Shown here: piece by piece, positions 1-11,408 of the stretch
Layout of the letters: each line of letters opens with the position of its first letter
How positions within the stretch are numbered: the stretch's first letter is position 1
Program-made: the position numbers and the translations under genes
The notes under the pieces: generated by a model
The model's input: only the letters and a program-made list of their open reading frames with translations
Told to the model about the DNA's origin: nothing
The model's database searches: none
From: Eledone cirrhosa
Taxonomy: Eukaryota
Length of the DNA stretch: 64,000 bases
Reading direction: 5' to 3'
Assembly (NCBI GenBank): GCA_964016885.1
Contig: OZ024745.1
Coordinates: 68,820,001-68,884,000, forward strand

Positions 1-390
1 ACACACACACACACACACACATGTACGAATGTGTATGTGTATTTTTTATATAAACATACACATGAGTCGGCGAGTGAATCCGAACCCTAACGAACCTTCA
101 TCCCTACCGTAGCTTTGACGTCTATTATGCAATGAATTTGTTGAATCTAACGAGATATTTTGTTTTATTATTGAGAGCTCTAATGTCAAGGACCCCCTGT
201 TCCCTTATACAATCCATACTATTTATTATTCATGTAGAAGCATCAGAGAAGGTCAAAGAGTTAAAGATTAGATTCATTACTAACATATTCACGAAAATAT
301 AGGAAGATACTACTGATTCAATGAATTCTTTTTCATCTTAAATAAGAATCAGTCGTCCTATCAAAAGGATTGATGTATGATGTGGTTGAT

Positions 391-522
391 TGAATCTAAC
401 CAGTAGATTAATAGCAAAGTAATATTGAATCTGTTATATCATGGGTACATCATTTTGTAATCTAACCAGCAGATTAATGGTAAAAATAACATTGTAACTG
501 TTATACCATGGATCCATCATTT
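391..522. repeat. Two diverged tandem copies of a ~65-bp unit
   Basis: aatctaaccag(t/c)agattaat...ctgtta(t)a(t/c)catgg...catcattt occurs at ~391-455 and ~456-522. Confidence 0.75.
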
Positions 523-800
523 CTGATGGATTCGTAAGAGCATTTTAATTTGACGGAGTGCAGCCCTCTCTAGATCTTAACACGACCGATTTCTGAGGGA
601 GAGAGAGAAAGAGAGAAGGGGGCAAGGGGTTATTCTACCTTAGTGCGAGAATTTTTTTACCGACCTCGAAAAAAGGAAGGAGATGAACTCTGAGTGCTGA
701 GAATCGGAACGAATACCTCCAAATATTCTATCCGACTTTAATCCTTTGCCTTTCACTTGTGAAAGAGGATATTTGCTTCCATGAATGTGTGCAGGTCTTC

Positions 801-834
<34 letters not shown>

Positions 835-1239
835 GCCCTGTCCAGGCGTATACCTCGGAGAAAGAAACTCTAGCAGTTAAGTATGGGAGAATAACCTATG
901 GCCAGTCATGACTAAAAGGAGCCTTTTCCTTCCTTTCATTTCTTATAACAAAGAAACAGCTGTAGTTGTGCACTTCAAGCCTTTGGTTCCACGAGCTATT
1001 GAAACCGTGTCCCAGGGTCAAATTGTTCAAAGTTTACATCCTTTAACTCACATGGGTGAGTAAATTTAATCAGATAATAATGAATAATGAGCTGTTGCAT
1101 TGACAGATAATATTTTACTAAATGAGCAATAAATTAAATTTAAAATAAATCTTCCGCTCCATCTAATTCTAAGATATTTTTTCTGCTCTATATAATTAAA
1201 AATTATTCATATCGAAAAATTTATATCAAAAATTCATAT

Positions 1240-1410
1240 AGGTGAAAGCATGACTACGTTTTAAGAGCTCGTTTCCTAAACACTTGCTTTTGTGTTCAGT
1301 CGCGTTGCATGGCACCTTAGGCAAATGTCTTTTACTATAGCCTCGTTTTGACCGTTGCCATGTGAGTGAAATTTGGTAGACGGAACAAACAGAAGCCCGT
1401 CATATATATG
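1240..1410 (+). mobile_element. Old tRNA-derived SINE (family B; diverged copies also near 6990, 19860, 22605, 33555, 49395 and 50840-50995 on minus)
   Basis: Shared motif gttcagtc...catggcaccttaggcaaatgtcttttactatagcc...gtgagtgaaatttggtagacggaa...gaagcccgtcatatat recurs across the window. Confidence 0.7.
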
Positions 1411-1711
1411 TACATGTGTGACCGTGTCTATGTTTACATTTGTATCTGTGTTCAAATCACATCGAGGTTAACTTTCAGGGTCGATAAATAAAGTACCAAT
1501 TCAAGGGCGGTGGATTAATGGAATTGTTAAAAAATTACAGAGAATGCTTTGCGGTAATTCTTCTGGATGTCCACGCCTTGAGTTCAAATTATGTCGTGAT
1601 CAACTTTGCCTTTTATCCTTTTGTAGTCAATAACTAAAATCCCAGTCGTGGGTTAGTGGAATGGTGGAATTATTAGTGTGGAACAGGACCTTTTGCGTTA
1701 TCTGTCTCGAC

Positions 1712-1900
1712 TCATAGCTGGATTTGTCTTAGACATGGCAATAGCATGTAGGATGGTTCCGTTACCCCACTTGTTTCTCGGGCATATCCAGCTGCAGGCA
1801 CGTGCTTGTAGAGTTTGTCCCGAACTGTTAGAGCCCCTGTGTAGCACTGCCATGTCAAACATTTTGGAAACTGTCCATAATCCCCGATCTGAAAATCCTT
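1712..1900 (-). mobile_element. Decayed Tx1/L1-clade LINE ORF2 C-terminal (zf-RVT) fragment
   Basis: Minus-strand frames read LTWQCYTGALTVRDKLYKH then (frameshift) WICPRNKWGNGTILHAI, resembling the W..hhGALP.R..L....CP.C...ET..H....C knuckle of L1/Tx1 ORF2. Confidence 0.55.
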
Positions 1901-2251
1901 GCTAACACCCAGAGCCACCCTCAGTCAGTTGTCATTCTTACTACACACTAACCCACTATAAAAAAACAACTGTTATTTTCAGGCTGCCTATCACGTTGTA
2001 CTGTTGCTAAAGCGCCTTGAGCGCTTGCTTGGCGGCACTCATGTGAGGAGAGGGAAAAGTCGATAACTTTGAGCCCAGTGTGTGACTGGTACTTTATTTT
2101 TATTGACACAGGAAGGACGAAATGCAACGTTAACCTTGGCGAGATTTGAACTCAAAACATAAAGGGTTGTAACTAAATACGCCAAATTATTTTGTCCGAC
2201 GCTCCAACTATTCCGTCAATCCACCTCACCCTAAGTATACACACACACACA

Positions 2252-2285
<34 letters not shown>

Positions 2286-2289
<4 letters not shown>

Positions 2290-2660
2290 ATAATAATAAA
2301 TTTGAAGACTAAAATCCAAAGAGGGCTCGATAAGGATAAATATATATCAAATATATAAGAACCGTAGAGCAAATATTTATTAAAATAACAGATTAAAGTT
2401 TAAGCAAAGAATCGCTGCTTTCACCCTTAACGGGATCTTCTGAAACTAACAAAGTCAATCTGTAAACGCAGAACTGGATATTTGAAAAAACGTTGCAACC
2501 GGAGGAAGACAGGAAGACGATACTTTGGTTCGTCTTCCTCCGGTTGCAACGTTTTTTCAAATATCCAGTTCTGCGTTTACAGATTGACTTTGTTAGTTTC
2601 AGAAGATCCCGTTAAGGGTGAAAGCAGCGATTCTTTGCTTAAACTTTAATCTGTTATTTT

Positions 2661-2665
<5 letters not shown>
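2286..2665. mobile_element. (TA)n-inserted fold-back element with 134-bp perfect inverted arms carrying a hammerhead-like fold (Penelope pLTR-like)
   Basis: 2377-2510 is the exact reverse complement of 2532-2665 with a 21-nt spacer; (TA)n on both sides; related fragments at 9695-9880 and 34963-35050. Confidence 0.75.
2595..2645 (+). ncRNA. Hammerhead ribozyme-like motif, core variant CAGAAGA (mirror copy 2397-2447 on minus)
   Basis: Stem I agttt/aaact; core CAGAAGA (2600-2606); stem II ccc/ggg; GAAA (2620-2623); stem III agca/tgct; CUU triplet. Confidence 0.55.
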
Positions 2666-2714
<49 letters not shown>

Positions 2715-2805
2715 TGAGCGGAACAAGTAAACATTGAACAACAACTATTATAGACACCATGAATATTTCCGTGGGTACTTAGTACCTACTGGAATTTTTA
2801 TATCA

Positions 2806-2851
<46 letters not shown>

Positions 2852-3249
2852 AATTTTACTACAGCATTAACGAAGCTTTAGTTTGCGGCCAAGCTAACGA
2901 ACGCAAATTCGGTTTGTAGCTTTAGCACTTGAATGAGAATAGTACCTCAGAGTAATAATAATACGTTTAGACAGATTAGCAAATCAAGCTAGGTTTCTGC
3001 AAATCCAAGATCGACAAATTCCGCTTGCAGGGGTCTGCAAGTTAATGGTCTCTGACGACAGAATAAAGGATTTACTTCTTCAACAAGTCTTGTGTTCTTT
3101 AACCTCTGCGGGTATGTTCTAGCAGTAAATTTCGCTATAGACACGTGGTTTTCTCGAAGGGAGGTAACCCCCGTTTTGGCGGTGAATTCGAAATTTTGAG
3201 ACAAAGGAATGAAATTCCCTTATACAAACCGAATTAAGCACTCAACCAG

Positions 3250-3280
<31 letters not shown>

Positions 3281-6229
3281 CACACACATGTGTGTGTGTG
3301 CGCGGGCGTGTATAAACATGATTATATATATATATAAATATATATATAATATTCAAACATCATTTCAGTGTATGTGTTATACAAAGCAATTAACTTAGAT
3401 TTGTACATGCATGAAATTTGCTTGCTTGTTTGTTTTTTTTTTATATTCAGAAAGGAACCAGCAAACGTGTGCTTTCTTCAAAAGCAAAGCGAAGAGGCGG
3501 CAATATATTTTTTCTCCTTATTCTCGTATTTTAAGATGACAATGATGATGTAGTTATAGACGACTCAAGTACTTAGAATAATTGAAGTGTCCAGTTTTGC
3601 AAACTGCTTTACATTCTTGAGTGATGTCATTAAAACCGACCACGCGAGTGTGTGTGTGTGTGGTGTGGTGTGGTGTGGTGTGGTGTGTGTATGATAATGT
3701 TTAATGAATGAAATGTAGATAACATCTGCGCACGCCTACACATACATAGAGATGACAGATACACGCGCAAACATACTGACTTACCTACATAAACACATAC
3801 GTATGTACACACACACACACTCACGATGACAGAGATATACACACACACACGCACACATGTGCATCAGCAGACACTGATGTATATGTATATATATATACAC
3901 AGAGAAGACAAACACAGACTAGCGTATATACACCCACATACTTTTGTATGTACATACACACACATTGACGTATATGCACAGACACTACACATACAATGAT
4001 ATACATACACACATATACAGTGACGTATATGAACAGACACTACCCATACACACTTACACATTGACGTATATGTGCAATCACTACGCATACAATAATATAT
4101 CATACATACACACATACGCTATGACGTATATATATACACACACACTGCACATACAATGATGTACCTACAAACTACACATACACAAGACAATGATGTATAC
4201 ACCTACACTCACTCACACACACATAGATACACAGAAGAACGACACATATATATACTAATATAAAAGACTGGGTGTAATGGCGTACTTTCTTTTCATATTA
4301 TTTGTTTCAATAATTTTAGTCACTGATTCATTAACATATTTTATTTTCTGTCGGAGAAATTCTGCTGAAATGAGAATCACAGGTGGATACAACAATATAT
4401 TCACCAAGTAATATATTAAGGAAATTCTAAAACTGCATTAATCTTTGAGACAGGTGTCATGACCCAGTGTCTGATAACCCTCTGTGTCTGAGAAACATTT
4501 GTAATAGCTACTTTCCACATTTTACAAATGTTTTAAGTCTTTTCGCCATCATTTACCATATAAGCGCATGTAGTATTTGATACAAAATGTAAAGTTACTG
4601 CATGAAATTAGATTTAGATGTGTACAAAATTAGATTTCGAGGTACACAAGCAGGTGTCAACTGCATATTAAAATAATTACTGAGATTCACACTTCATAGC
4701 ACACACAACACATGCAAACAATATTTCTTTCGGCGCTTAACACCTAATGGAGACATAGGAACGTCGAAGCAATATGCTTGATATTTTGGGCATTGAAACC
4801 TTTCCGAGACATTCCCGTTTCTTGCCTGAGTATAGCCGATTTCTTCGATCCATCGAGAGAGATTCGACACCAAGACTTGTACTTTATTTATCGACCTTGA
4901 AAAAATGAAAGGCAGAGTTGACATAAATGAATACTGAAATGCATTCTATCCGCCGCCTCACAAACACAACGCTCACATACATAGACACGCACACACACAC
5001 CACAAACTTATAACATACACACGCGGAAAGAACTAATAACAATCAAGCGTAAAAAATCAAACCTTAAACTTTCTTTCTTGACGCTTGCATGTCTCTAGCC
5101 ATAAAATAAAATTAGGTAAAGTCTGCTTCAGTCCCAGAGGCTTAACAGGCGAGAGTTTATCCCGGTTTCGTTGGTGTTACGTGACTGAAGTAGAATCCCC
5201 ACTGAAATGGACGGTAGTCCATCAGAAGACTATTCTCCACGTTTATAAACGAAGTCTTAAATTATTCCAAAGTCTTACGTCAGCTCTGGCTAGAGAAGTT
5301 ATCTCCCTCACTTGTCCCTCATGATCTAAATACCCCAAAAGAGAGTATTTGTTTGAAATTGCGAGGATGTTTTTAGATAGTTGAAGCTTTCACTCACTTA
5401 TTTTGTTTCAGATGAATGGACGAGGGCAATGTAAAATGAAGTGTCTTATTGCTCAAGGACACGATACGCCACCATATTCAGGAATGGAACACACAACTGT
5501 ATATGAATATATTTGACGTGGAGTATTAGAGAACCCAACATGAGAGTTATTAGCCTGAGATATAATGGTTTCCATGAAAATATTACCAAAGTATCAGGAG
5601 TTAATATGAGAGGTTATTGCACAAAAGTGAAAATGTTAATAAAAGAATGTATTGCCGGACATAATGATTCCCATGACTAAGGCTGATTCAATATTTGGTA
5701 ATATATCTCTATTTGGACTGCTTTAAGCTTTTCAATTACCATATATTTCTCATGAAAGACACTGATTGTGATTTCCAAATAATTTGGAAAATATTGAAGA
5801 AGAGTTTGGAGGGATTTAGAAATATAGCTTAACTTAAAGGTTTTTACATAACATTATGATGGAACGATTTAATACACGCAGCTTTGCTTCATTAAAGCAG
5901 GGGCAGTTTCAGGAAGGTTGTTATGAAAAGGGTTAAGTATTTCGTCGAGTAACTTCCTTCTTTAGTGTAGAAGAGAAAACTGGTATTATTAGTCCGTCCC
6001 TATAACGTGATGAAGTTGTTTGGACGTCGGATAGAAGGTGGTATTCGTTCAAGCGCTCTACATTCTGAATTCAAATTGTTTAGACTCCGATAAATAAAAT
6101 ACCAATCCAGTAGTGGGGTCGATTTTTCCACTGTATCTTTCTCACACACACAAAAGAAAATCTGCTGAGGTTTAAACCTGAAGAGAAATAGGCTCCGGTG
6201 GATTTAAAATGAGACGGCGCTGAAAATCC

Positions 6230-6367
6230 ATGGACAGATGGATAGATGGTTATATCGGAGCGGAGGTGGCCACCCACAGGTGTGAGCCCCGTGAGGTGGA
6301 GTGGTTGCTCCAACGCCTCTCCCTCGCCGTCATTCGGGGCAATGTATTCGCCATCTTGTCGTTCTGA
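6230..6367 (+). mobile_element. C-terminal fragment of a CRE-like (restriction-like endonuclease) non-LTR retrotransposon
   Basis: Translates to ...IGAEVATHRCEPREVEWLLQRLSLAVIRGNVFAILSF*, matching the EPRE..(F/W)L.QRLS.A..RGN terminus of CRE-clade ORFs; locally GC-rich. Confidence 0.7.
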
Positions 6368-7322
6368 ACCCGGAGGTAGAGGGTAAGTTAGTTGGAAGCG
6401 AGGAATACTCGTTCTGACGTCACTTTTTATTTCTTTAAGTCTTCCTTATTTATGTTGTGTCTGCCAAGATAACCTATTGTTTGCTTTTATACTTCAAGTG
6501 CCTCCTTATTATCGATTGCATAATTAAACCCTCTGCAGAACTGAACTCTTCGAGTCATATCTGACAATATGGAGAATAGGAGATATCCAAGATCAGAACA
6601 TTATGTAATTTAGTTGTTTATTAGATATTTCGCTGATAGTATACTATTAACTACAACCATTCAGTGGCTAGTCTAGGCATGCCTAAACCCGAGTTATCCT
6701 TAAATATCAAGGATTTTCAATGAGTAGCATAGAACGACTCTTTGTCACAAACATTAGCAACGTCTGAGTAAACACATCAGCATTTGCACCCATAATGTTT
6801 CCATCACTCTGAAAACCTGCATATTTGATGAGAAAATTAACACGGAGCTATACAAACAAAATATAATGTAAGAAAAATATTGTGAACAAGCTGACAAGAT
6901 AGCTTTTTTTATTCTGGGTGATTTTTTATATACTTACATACACTCTCATTTATTGTGTAGATATTTATTTATTTATTCTAATGCAGTTTAGTCGAATGGT
7001 TAAGAAGTTTGCTTCGCAACTATGAAGTCTTGGATTCTATCCCACTGCGTGGAATCTTGGTCAAATGTCTTTACTACAACTTTGGATCGACCCAAACCAT
7101 ATAAGTGAAATTGGGTAAACGACCTCAGCGAGGAAGCCAGTCAGATGGATTGTACCAGTAATTCAATTTGTCACACTAATTTGGCTTGGCGATTACGTTA
7201 AGGGTGCACATGACTGTATAGTACTAAACCATTTAGACTATAATACAAGGAGGATTATATTTATAACTTAAATGGTCAGAAATGTCACATATTGTGTCGC
7301 ACTGATTCTGCCTGAGAATTAT

Positions 7323-7580
7323 GTGTGTAGTTCAGAGAGTCACTTCAGGTAGAGCCGCTACTTCTTCAAATACTATGGGCATGGCATTAGTATGTTTCAG
7401 CAAAGAATTGCTGGACAGATTTTACTGGCAAAATATCCATGAGCTTCGCTGGTCTCACTTGTGGATCCAGCCGGATCAATTGGAGACGGTTGCTTCTGAC
7501 AGGACCTGCTGGGAGGAGTATTTGAGGACTTTGCTTCCACGACCCTCCCAGTAATAAGTGGGTGAAGAAGAAGAATGAAG
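7323..7580 (+). mobile_element. 3' end of a decayed Rex3/Expander-like RTE LINE
   Basis: NIHELRWSHLWIQPDQLETVASDRTCWEEYLRTLLPRPSQ* followed by a (gaa)n tail; homologous to 53150-53476 and 53787-54023. Confidence 0.65.
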
Positions 7581-8379
7581 AAAGAGAAAAAAAAGAATAA
7601 AAAAAAAGAAAAAAGAAATATATGGAATATTCAACCGCTTTCACGTCTATTTAATGAGTCCGACATTCAGCTAATCCAACAACTGAATTACTCTTCGTCA
7701 AAAACGACGGAAGCTGGGTGGTCCTCATCGATATCATCAATATTGCCACAACTCTATTCAATGGGTTCTCGAGAAAGTATGAGATTAATATTAAACGAAC
7801 TGAACTAATTACCATATAAATTAATGACAAAAATTAGATCAAAACAACAGAGGAAGGATTTCATTGATGATAAAACTGCGTCTTCAAAGGCATCTAAAGT
7901 GTAAAGATAACGGTTCATTTCAGTTTCATTATTGAATATCTATGATAGAGATGCTTCATTTTAACTACATACCTATATACACATGCACGTCGTGCGTGCG
8001 TGTGTATGTGTGTGCATGCACGCGTGAAAGGATCAGTCAAATGGTTAAGCTGTTTGGCCTAACCATTTAACTGATGCCGAGTGTTCAATTCCAAGACTGG
8101 GCGATGCGCTGTGTCGCTAAGCAATACATTTCCTTTCATATTGCTCAAGTCAATGGAATCAACAGATAGCGTTAACTCTGCAATTGATATCAATGGAATT
8201 CGGATCAATCCCAGGTTAATGAACATCAAGGTCCAACAGACACTAAAATTATATAATTTTATTTCATATATATTACTTCTGTGCGAAATAAAGAACCTCC
8301 TCTACTCGATATATTGTATATCTTACTTTCGTTACTTAACAGAAAACAATTCTATTCCATTTATACGTGCGCATATGTG

Positions 8380-8425
<46 letters not shown>

Positions 8426-8988
8426 TTTTTTTTTATACGCTAATACCTACGTACAGTACGTCCGACCGTGTATCACGCTTTCAGTAAAACAATGGAAGTG
8501 GGGTGGTAAACATTCTACGACAATCAACGGTCAAAGAAAATCAAAGAGCGTTGCAACGTTTGGAAAGGAGAGAGAGAGGGGGTTATTATATATACTAGCA
8601 GAAAAACCACCCTCGGGTGGTTTTCTGCTAGCATGTGTAGTGTGTATATTGATATTATACGCAAGTATATATACATGTAGATATGATACATCAATTAAAA
8701 TCGTAATTGACAATATACACAGAAATTGAACGAAGACTGTGTTACACTATTTTATGTAATCAGTAAAGTAATCCATGATACATTAAAAAAAGACGATATT
8801 ATATATAAACTACATTAGGAAAAAAATTAGTGACAGAAAATTAGTATGTTTATTCAAGCGATCGCCAACCGGAAGTGTTGACATTTCAGAAATTTTAAAG
8901 AAGTGAATCTTTAAATAAACAAGATATATTTAATCAACAGCCACGAAATTTAGTAGATAAATTATGTAATATTCATTCTTTATTTATT

Positions 8989-9180
8989 AGGGCGGTGGAT
9001 TGGCAGTATCGGTAGAGGGTCGGACGCCATGCTTTCCAGCATAGTTACGTCCCTTTACGATCTGAGTTCAAATCCCACCGAGGTTGACTTTATTTTATCG
9101 ACCCCGTAAGGATGAAAGACAAAGTACCAGTAATGCACTGGGTAATTGCTGGCCTTGTGCCTAAAGTAGCAACATTTATT
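8989..9180 (+). mobile_element. Young SINE family A copy (small internal deletion)
   Basis: ggcggtggattggcagtatcggtagagggtcggacgcc...gagttcaaatcc (B-box-like)...aagtaccagtaatgcactgggtaattgctggccttgtgcc...; near-identical to copies at 30654 and 54509. Confidence 0.9.
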
Positions 9181-9214
9181 CAAAGTAATCCAACTTATTT
9201 TACTAATGGGATAA

Positions 9215-9578
9215 ATTATAAACCGTACGCAGTCCCGTGCTCCTCCCTTTATTATAGTTTAAATATAGCGAAATGGGGTTATAATATATATATATATAGA
9301 GAGAGGGCGTTATACTATATTTAAAGAGAGAGGTTTATAATATAAAGAAAAGGATGAGTTATAATATATATAGAGACGAAGGGGTTAAATATATATATAT
9401 ATATAGAGAGAGAAAGGGGTGTTATAATATAGAGAGAGGGTGGTTTTAATAGAGAAAGGGATGGGTTTATATATATATATATAGAGGGGGATTTTAATAT
9501 ATTTAGAGAGAGGGGGGGGGGGTTAATATATTTAGAGAGAGGGGATTATCCGTGAATTTTTTCACGGGTCCAGATAGT
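9215..9578 (+). mobile_element. Possible non-autonomous Helitron 3' portion with internal degenerate repeats
   Basis: Subterminal hairpin ccgtga...tcacgg (9550-9567) followed by atagt (CTAG-T-like end); internal ggggttataatatatagagaga repeats. Confidence 0.4.
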
Positions 9579-9694
9579 ACATATTATAGTTGAAAGAGTA
9601 AACAAAAAAAAAAAAACAACAGCGTGGAAGCGAAGAGGCAGTACATAATATTGACATTAGTTTCACGCTTGAGAATATATATATATATATATAT

Positions 9695-9880
9695 AATAAT
9701 AATAAAGACTAAAATCCAAAGAGGGCTCGATATAAGAACCCTAGAGCAAATATATAAGAACCCTAGAGCAAATATTTATTAAAATAACAGATTAAAGTTT
9801 AAGCAAAGAATCGCTGCTTTCACCCTTAATGGGATCGAGCCCTCTTTGGATTTTAGACTTCACATTTATTATTATTACTA
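9695..9880. mobile_element. Rearranged copy of the 2286-2665 family with inverted ends
   Basis: aagactaaaatccaaagagggctcga at the left end and its reverse complement at the right end; internal 23-bp duplication; starts at (TA)n. Confidence 0.8.
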
Positions 9881-9917
9881 TTTGGCTCCCTCTGTTGAGC
9901 ACTCTATTGACTTATAG

Positions 9918-10033
<116 letters not shown>

Positions 10034-10633
10034 AATGGGGGGGGGGGGGAGGTCGGCATTTATGTTTACTGGTTGTTTGTGTCTTGTAACGTAGCTGTTC
10101 AACAAAAAGAGATCGATAAAATAAGTACCAGTCTTGACAAAATATGTTTCGGGGTCGATATGATCGACTAAATCATATCGGTGCCTCAAGTATGGTCCCA
10201 TACTAGTGAATGAATCCAATGAATATATATTTATATACACACACACACACACACATTGATACGGTTTCTAATTTAGGCACAAGGCCAGAAATTTGGGGCG
10301 TGAGGGATACGTCGTTTACATCCAACCAAGTGGTTGACTGGTACTTTATATTATCAGTCCCAAAAGGATAAAAGCTAAAGTTGACACGAACGGGATTCAA
10401 ACTCAAAACGTAAACGGTCGTAATATATAGAGCTAAGCATCTGACCAATGCGCTTACAGAAGAGTAGGTACGAATGATACAAGTACAACCACATAAATAA
10501 TGTGGTACGGACAGATAATACATACAAACATACATTATATATACGTAGACACACACACTATGTATATACATACATAGAGAGTGACCTGCATACGCATACA
10601 TATGTTTGTATATGTATATATGTTTGTGTGTGT

Positions 10634-10671
<38 letters not shown>

Positions 10672-11045
10672 CTAGAGTTAAATATGATTTCTAATGGATA
10701 ATTGGATATCCCTGTAGCTGTAAGGTCATTTTAACAAGTACAATATGTAAATAGAGTGGCATGGCGCTGAGTGATCTAATTCAGTTGTGGCAATGCTTAT
10801 ATCTCATATGTGATTCTCCTCTTCAGTGAAATACTACTTGATATAACTTGCTTCAAATCTACGTCAGTCATATTAGTTTTAATGATGTGAAATGTTGGCC
10901 ATCAGAAGAGGATACCATGTTGTACTTCATATTACTCATAAATAGCTATGTATGTCGTTTTTACTATACACACAAAAAGAGATATTTGTTAAGTGATTAA
11001 GTATACAGTGGATACGCATCTTACACGGTCAATTGGTTCCCTAAC

Positions 11046-11408
11046 TCACTGCATTAATAAAAAAAAAAAATAAAATAAAGATGGTATGTTGACAATCCTT
11101 AGTGCCTGTTCTCTTCTCTTCTTGAGCTCCTTGAAACTACCTAGCTCCGAGGAGCGGAGACCACTGTAGCAACGGTGGATGGGGCAGAAAGAGGCGTCAA
11201 TACCTGTGTATGTTCGAGGCCTGAGAGAGTTTGTTGTTGGCAGTGGTGATAGTGACTTTCTCCTTTTCTTTTTCTTCGTCTTTAGATTAGTAGACTCCGG
11301 GGATGAGAAATTATTGTTGTAACAGCAGAAAATACAGAGAGGAGAGACATCCCGTCTCTGGACCGGAAGCTGTAACATGTCTCTGAGTGAGTGACTATAT
11401 ACCGATAT
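11046..11408 (-). CDS. Candidate coding exon of an unidentified host gene (Lys/Arg/Ser-rich)
   Basis: Acceptor cttttcag at 11416-11409 in phase 0 with a 120-codon open frame ISVYSHSLRDMLQLPVQRRDVSPLCIFCC...KTKKKKRRKS...; non-repetitive and more GC-rich than flanks; no homology recognised. Confidence 0.35.
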   Translation of the reverse strand: MSVYSHSLRDMLQLPVQRRDVSPLCIFCCYNNNFSSPESTNLKTKKKKRRKSLSPLPTTNSLRPRTYTGIDASFCPIHRCYSGLRSSELGSFKELKKRREQALRIVNIPSLFYFFFLLMQ

